A program made the translations under genes and the position numbers. A stretch of 63,494 bases of DNA, counting the filler, from Gonapodya sp. JEL0774 (Eukaryota), in assembly GCA_027604505.1 (NCBI GenBank). It is 17 parts of 17 records of this genome, joined end to end, with 100 filler letters (N's around TTAATTAATTAA, not from the genome) between each part and the next. Parts side by side here need not be neighbours in the genome. Positions count along the whole stretch, not along the records: positions 59,870 to 63,494 come from JADIIX010001212.1; 16 more parts are not named here. One strand, written 5' to 3'. Positions 59,871-63,494 of the stretch are shown in pieces. Below the pieces are notes generated by a model. The model did not search any database. It had not been told where the DNA came from and was given only the letters and a program-made list of their open reading frames with translations. Position 1 is the first letter of the stretch, and the number at the start of each line of letters is the position of its first letter.

Positions 59871-62800
59871 ACTCATCTTTCTGAGAGAGCTCCCGTGTGC
59901 GATGTGGACATAAGCGTGCGTGTCCTGTGTCCTCACTTGAAGGGAAGCGAAGACAGTGGATTGTGGGAGAATGTGGCGCCAGCGAGTCCGGCAGACACCG
60001 TGAAAACGAAGTTTCATGGAGGAAGGGCAGCTGCGCGGAAGCGCCACGCGTCAAGGTCGATTGCATGAGTATTTAGGTGTTAGTCTGGGTTGGGCAAATG
60101 AGGTACTGGACCACAGCACAGTCTTGACCGCAAATGCGAATCCCAATGAACTCTCCAAATCCAAAACAGCGACAATCAGTTACCTTGTTGCACCGAAACC
60201 CAACACTATTCCACCAATTCTGGGTCCCTCTCGTTCTCCGTCCCTGCGAATGGCCACATTACGTTCTCCTGTCATCGACGATCCGTTACAGCAACAGATC
60301 AGCAGACGGAAGGAAAGAACTCGGATGATTGGAGTGGAGTCGATGTGGGAATTCGATGGCAGGTGTGAAGTGAGGCGAGTTCCGAGTAGAATCAAAACAG
60401 ACAGATTCCAGGGGGAAATTTCTGAGAAATTAGGCAACCCAGTGCCATCATGATTATATTCGATGGCTCTCAAGCTCTAATGAGCATCTGAATCTCGATG
60501 GAATCTTTGTAAAGGTGTCATGGATGGGAAAGAGCTCATCTTGGCATTTTCAGCAGCTCGAATGACGTTGAAAGGTGTTTAAAGCACCATTTTGTCATAT
60601 AATACCGTTCAATACATGTGACTGCCGTTCAGAGCGTTTAGCTATTGTTCACTTGCGTTCAGTGACGTTTGGTTGGACCCATCCTGCGTTCACACCGTTT
60701 ACTCATGTTCATAGCGTTTACACGTTCCTTTAAAAGACCGAGAAAGAGGCTAAAGAATTGTTTAAACGCTTGTAAACGTGTGCGCTACTCGCTCTCAGAG
60801 CTTTCAGCGGGCGCGGTGCCCCCTCCAGCTTTACCGAAGTTATCTTTCAACCAGGTGTAGTCTCTTGCCGTCATGATCTCATTAACATCAACACCTGACA
60901 TTGTGCTCAGCATTCGCACAATGAGGTCTTTGCTCCTAAAGTCTTCAGAGGGTGCTCTGTGTAGGGTAGAAATGAGATAAATAGCAGACTCCATTGCTTT
61001 GCGATAAAGTGCGAGGTCGCACGCCATCTTTGGAGCCTTCATTGATGAGGCCAGATCAGAAACAAATCAGTAGCACTCTCCAGCAGTGTTTGAGATCGTG
61101 GAGAGTAATCTCATCGGAGGAATGTGCTCACCTCGTACTTCAGTCTCTTCATGTAGGCTTTCTCCTCTTTCCTCCATGCTGCCCGGTGCTTTCGCTTTTT
61201 CAATACTTTATGCTCCGATGATTTGTATGTGGGCCTCTCTCCCGCCGGTACGCCTTTGAGTGAGGAGTTTCTGTTGGGCCGGTCAGGCGACGGAGATCGT
61301 TCAATATCTAGGACAATAACTCTCAGAGGAGGCTAAGAGAAGATGGATGAGCCACTTAAAACATATGGCGCACCTATCTCAGGAGAAGATTGGTTATCCA
61401 TTATGGGAGAGGAGATGCGTTGGAGATTGTAATGGCGCGAAGGCCTGTAGATCCTGCCTGCTCTGTGCGACCCGACTTCTCCCCACCTTCTCGCCCTTGT
61501 CTCAGGTGGACTCCAGTGAAAGCCGAGAGCCACGGTGGATTTGACTCCTCGCTCTACTGTCTCAGTCAGTAAGGTTTTGTTCGGGGTCCTTCCCCATTTC
61601 TCCTCCCTTTTCGTTTCTTCAAACAAATTTGACGTCGCATCGGGACTGTTGTACTGCTTCTCTCCACCCCAACCCACTTCTTTCATGTCAGTTTTACCGT
61701 GCTCTCGCCCCCACAGGATCAAGCCGACCTCAAATCCGCCCATTGGTCGTTCGTTGACCCACCCCCTTTCCTTCTGTCCTCTCAGCCCTGACCTGTCCGC
61801 CCCAACTACGGCCACGGACCAACTCCTTCGACTCATTCTCCTTCGTCGATTTAGCAGACAAAACTCTTCGATCGTCTTAGTTCGCTTGGCTGGCCTCTGT
61901 TGCACAAGTGGCAAAACATTGGCGGAGCAGGCCTGAGCCCAGAACATGCAGATCTACTCACTACAACGGGTGGTACCAGAAGCCGAGCGTCTTTGGGTGC
62001 TTGCTGCCGGTCCTGATCATCCGGATCTCCTATGAACTGTTACTAGACCATATTGTCGGCTTTGAAAACGTCGCTCCAGCCTCCTTCACCGACAATCCTG
62101 GTGCGTCCTTTCTGTTGTGGATCCAACCCTTTCGGGCGGCCCACAGATCAGTGAGTTCATCTCATTTGAAGCTCTTCAGGACCAGCTGCCCTTATACTCG
62201 TGGAATTTCGGTATCATCCCGGAGCATACCCGCGGGTCGATCGATATGTGTGGAACGCCACTACGACGGAAGGATCACACGGTGAGCAAGGAGTCAGGAT
62301 GCAAATTTAATGAGAGCTTGGACCTAATTGGCGACTCGGGTTTTACCACCTTGATTATAAAGCAGGCATCGGGAGGGCTACCACGCTCTCGTTTTGAGGG
62401 ATGTAGATGACGAACGCTGCAACATAGGCTGGCAGCACATTGTCATCCTGCACGACATCAGTTATGCCTTGTTTCTGTGCTGCCATCTCTCACATTGCTC
62501 CAACGCTTGCTGGCATGTGGATTTGAGTACAAGGTGATTCGGCCGTCACAAATTTTGGCACGCGTGTAGTGACACACGGGCTTCCCGATCTTTTCTTTTT
62601 GTTGAATTATTCAAAAGTCGAAGATCGCTGCGGTGCATGAACGGACGCCGCTGGGGATCTCTCGCCCAAGCACAATCCAGACACATCGATACGTCTGCCC
62701 AACATCACAAAAGTATCCACTTGCACTCGTCACAGCACTGCGGAACCAGCCTAACCATACACCATATGCATGACATGCTACTCAGTGCAAACGCTGCATG

Positions 62801-63408
62801 GAATTTTCCGCCATTTTTTCCCCATACTCGGAATTTGACCCACATTTTTCCCCCATATATTTCCGGATGGGACTTTTCCGCCTAACTTTTGTTGTTTGAG
62901 ACGGGAATAAATCACTTGCACTCAAACACGTATCATAGAGGGGACGCACTAGGCCCGGTTTCCTCAGCCTCTCTCGAGAAATGCTTTTTTCAAAATGGGG
63001 GAGGGGTGTAAGGTGATTTGTGGAAAAGTTGTGCACGGCTTAATTTGTGGAACCACTCTGGGGACGCCCAAATATCTCACTTCCAACTCCCACCAACAAA
63101 CATTCTCCAACTGAAACTACCCCAAGACAACCATACAAGACAGCACCAATGGACCTCTCCCCGTAGCGTGTCCGCCTCACTCTTCCTGGCCCTTTTGAAG
63201 GTGTGGGCGGACCATGTGGCCTCGCTCCCCTCTAACACCTCTCGCTCCTTTTGCTCGCTCCCCCAGCGCAAATCACCGCATTCGACAACGGAAGCGCACT
63301 TTTTAGGATATGCGCGTGCGTCGTGGTGCGTGAAGTACGATTGATGACCGGTTAAGGCCCATACGCCTTAAACGCATATCCACAACGGAACCCCTCAGAA
63401 AGATGAGT
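59871..63408. repeat. Inverted repeat pair ACTCATCTTTCTGAG (59871-59885 / 63394-63408) bracketing contig 17; possible TIR transposon
   Basis: Perfect 15-bp inverted match, with patchy inward similarity (TCC.GT..TGTGGA.AT..GCGT). Confidence 0.55.
60785..61260 (-). CDS. Hypothetical small protein or relic (two exons)
   Basis: KRKHRAAWRKEEKAYMKRLKYE, then a GTGAGC intron, then an 85-aa ORF ending in a stop at 60785. Confidence 0.35.
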
Positions 63409-63494
63409 TTTATTTCGGGGGGGTGTTATCTCTGTGCTGTTTGCAACCGCGATGCCGAGCAGTCGCCCTGTAAGTTCGGCCGTCACTGGATTAT

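Noticed and set aside
62050..62105. Kinase Gly-rich-loop-like peptide RIVGEGGWSDVFKA on the minus strand
   Set aside because: It is followed by a stop, and I found no downstream kinase motifs (VAIK, HRD, DFG). It is probably chance, but it weakens the competing transposase reading.

Overview
This window is not a contiguous locus. It is 17 unrelated short contigs of about 3.63-3.66 kb, sorted by decreasing length and joined by artificial 100-bp spacers (N44-TTAATTAATTAA-N44), so adjacency across spacers means nothing. Most contigs come from an intron-rich eukaryote with GT-AG introns. The gene content (ROM-type RhoGEF, MVD1, pectin methylesterase, class A-like GPCR) points to an early-diverging, probably zoosporic (chytrid-like) fungus, which is an inference. 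Recognisable host genes include a cytochrome P450, a PAS protein, a PPPDE peptidase, MVD1, pectinesterase, Argonaute, NmrA-like, PRPS, malonyl-CoA:ACP transacylase, Rab5, an enoyl-CoA isomerase, an amino acid permease, glutaryl-CoA dehydrogenase, PanB, RhoGEF, ABCB, two F-box/LRR paralogs, an SDR, a SWIRM protein, an MFS transporter and a glycine-rich RRM protein. There are also a 5S rRNA, a tRNA-Arg(UCG), a decayed copia element and probable DNA-transposon relics. The standout is contig 2 (3760-7413), an intronless, gene-dense fragment that does not look like host DNA. It carries a Prim-Pol primase-polymerase, a ~60-bp palindrome-containing tandem array (origin-like), a membrane-anchored GH135, an orphan ORF and a UDP-GlcNAc 4,6-dehydratase that is probably fused to another domain. 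It is best explained as a piece of a large DNA virus or a virus-like mobile element. Boundaries of multi-exon genes were read by eye and are approximate.
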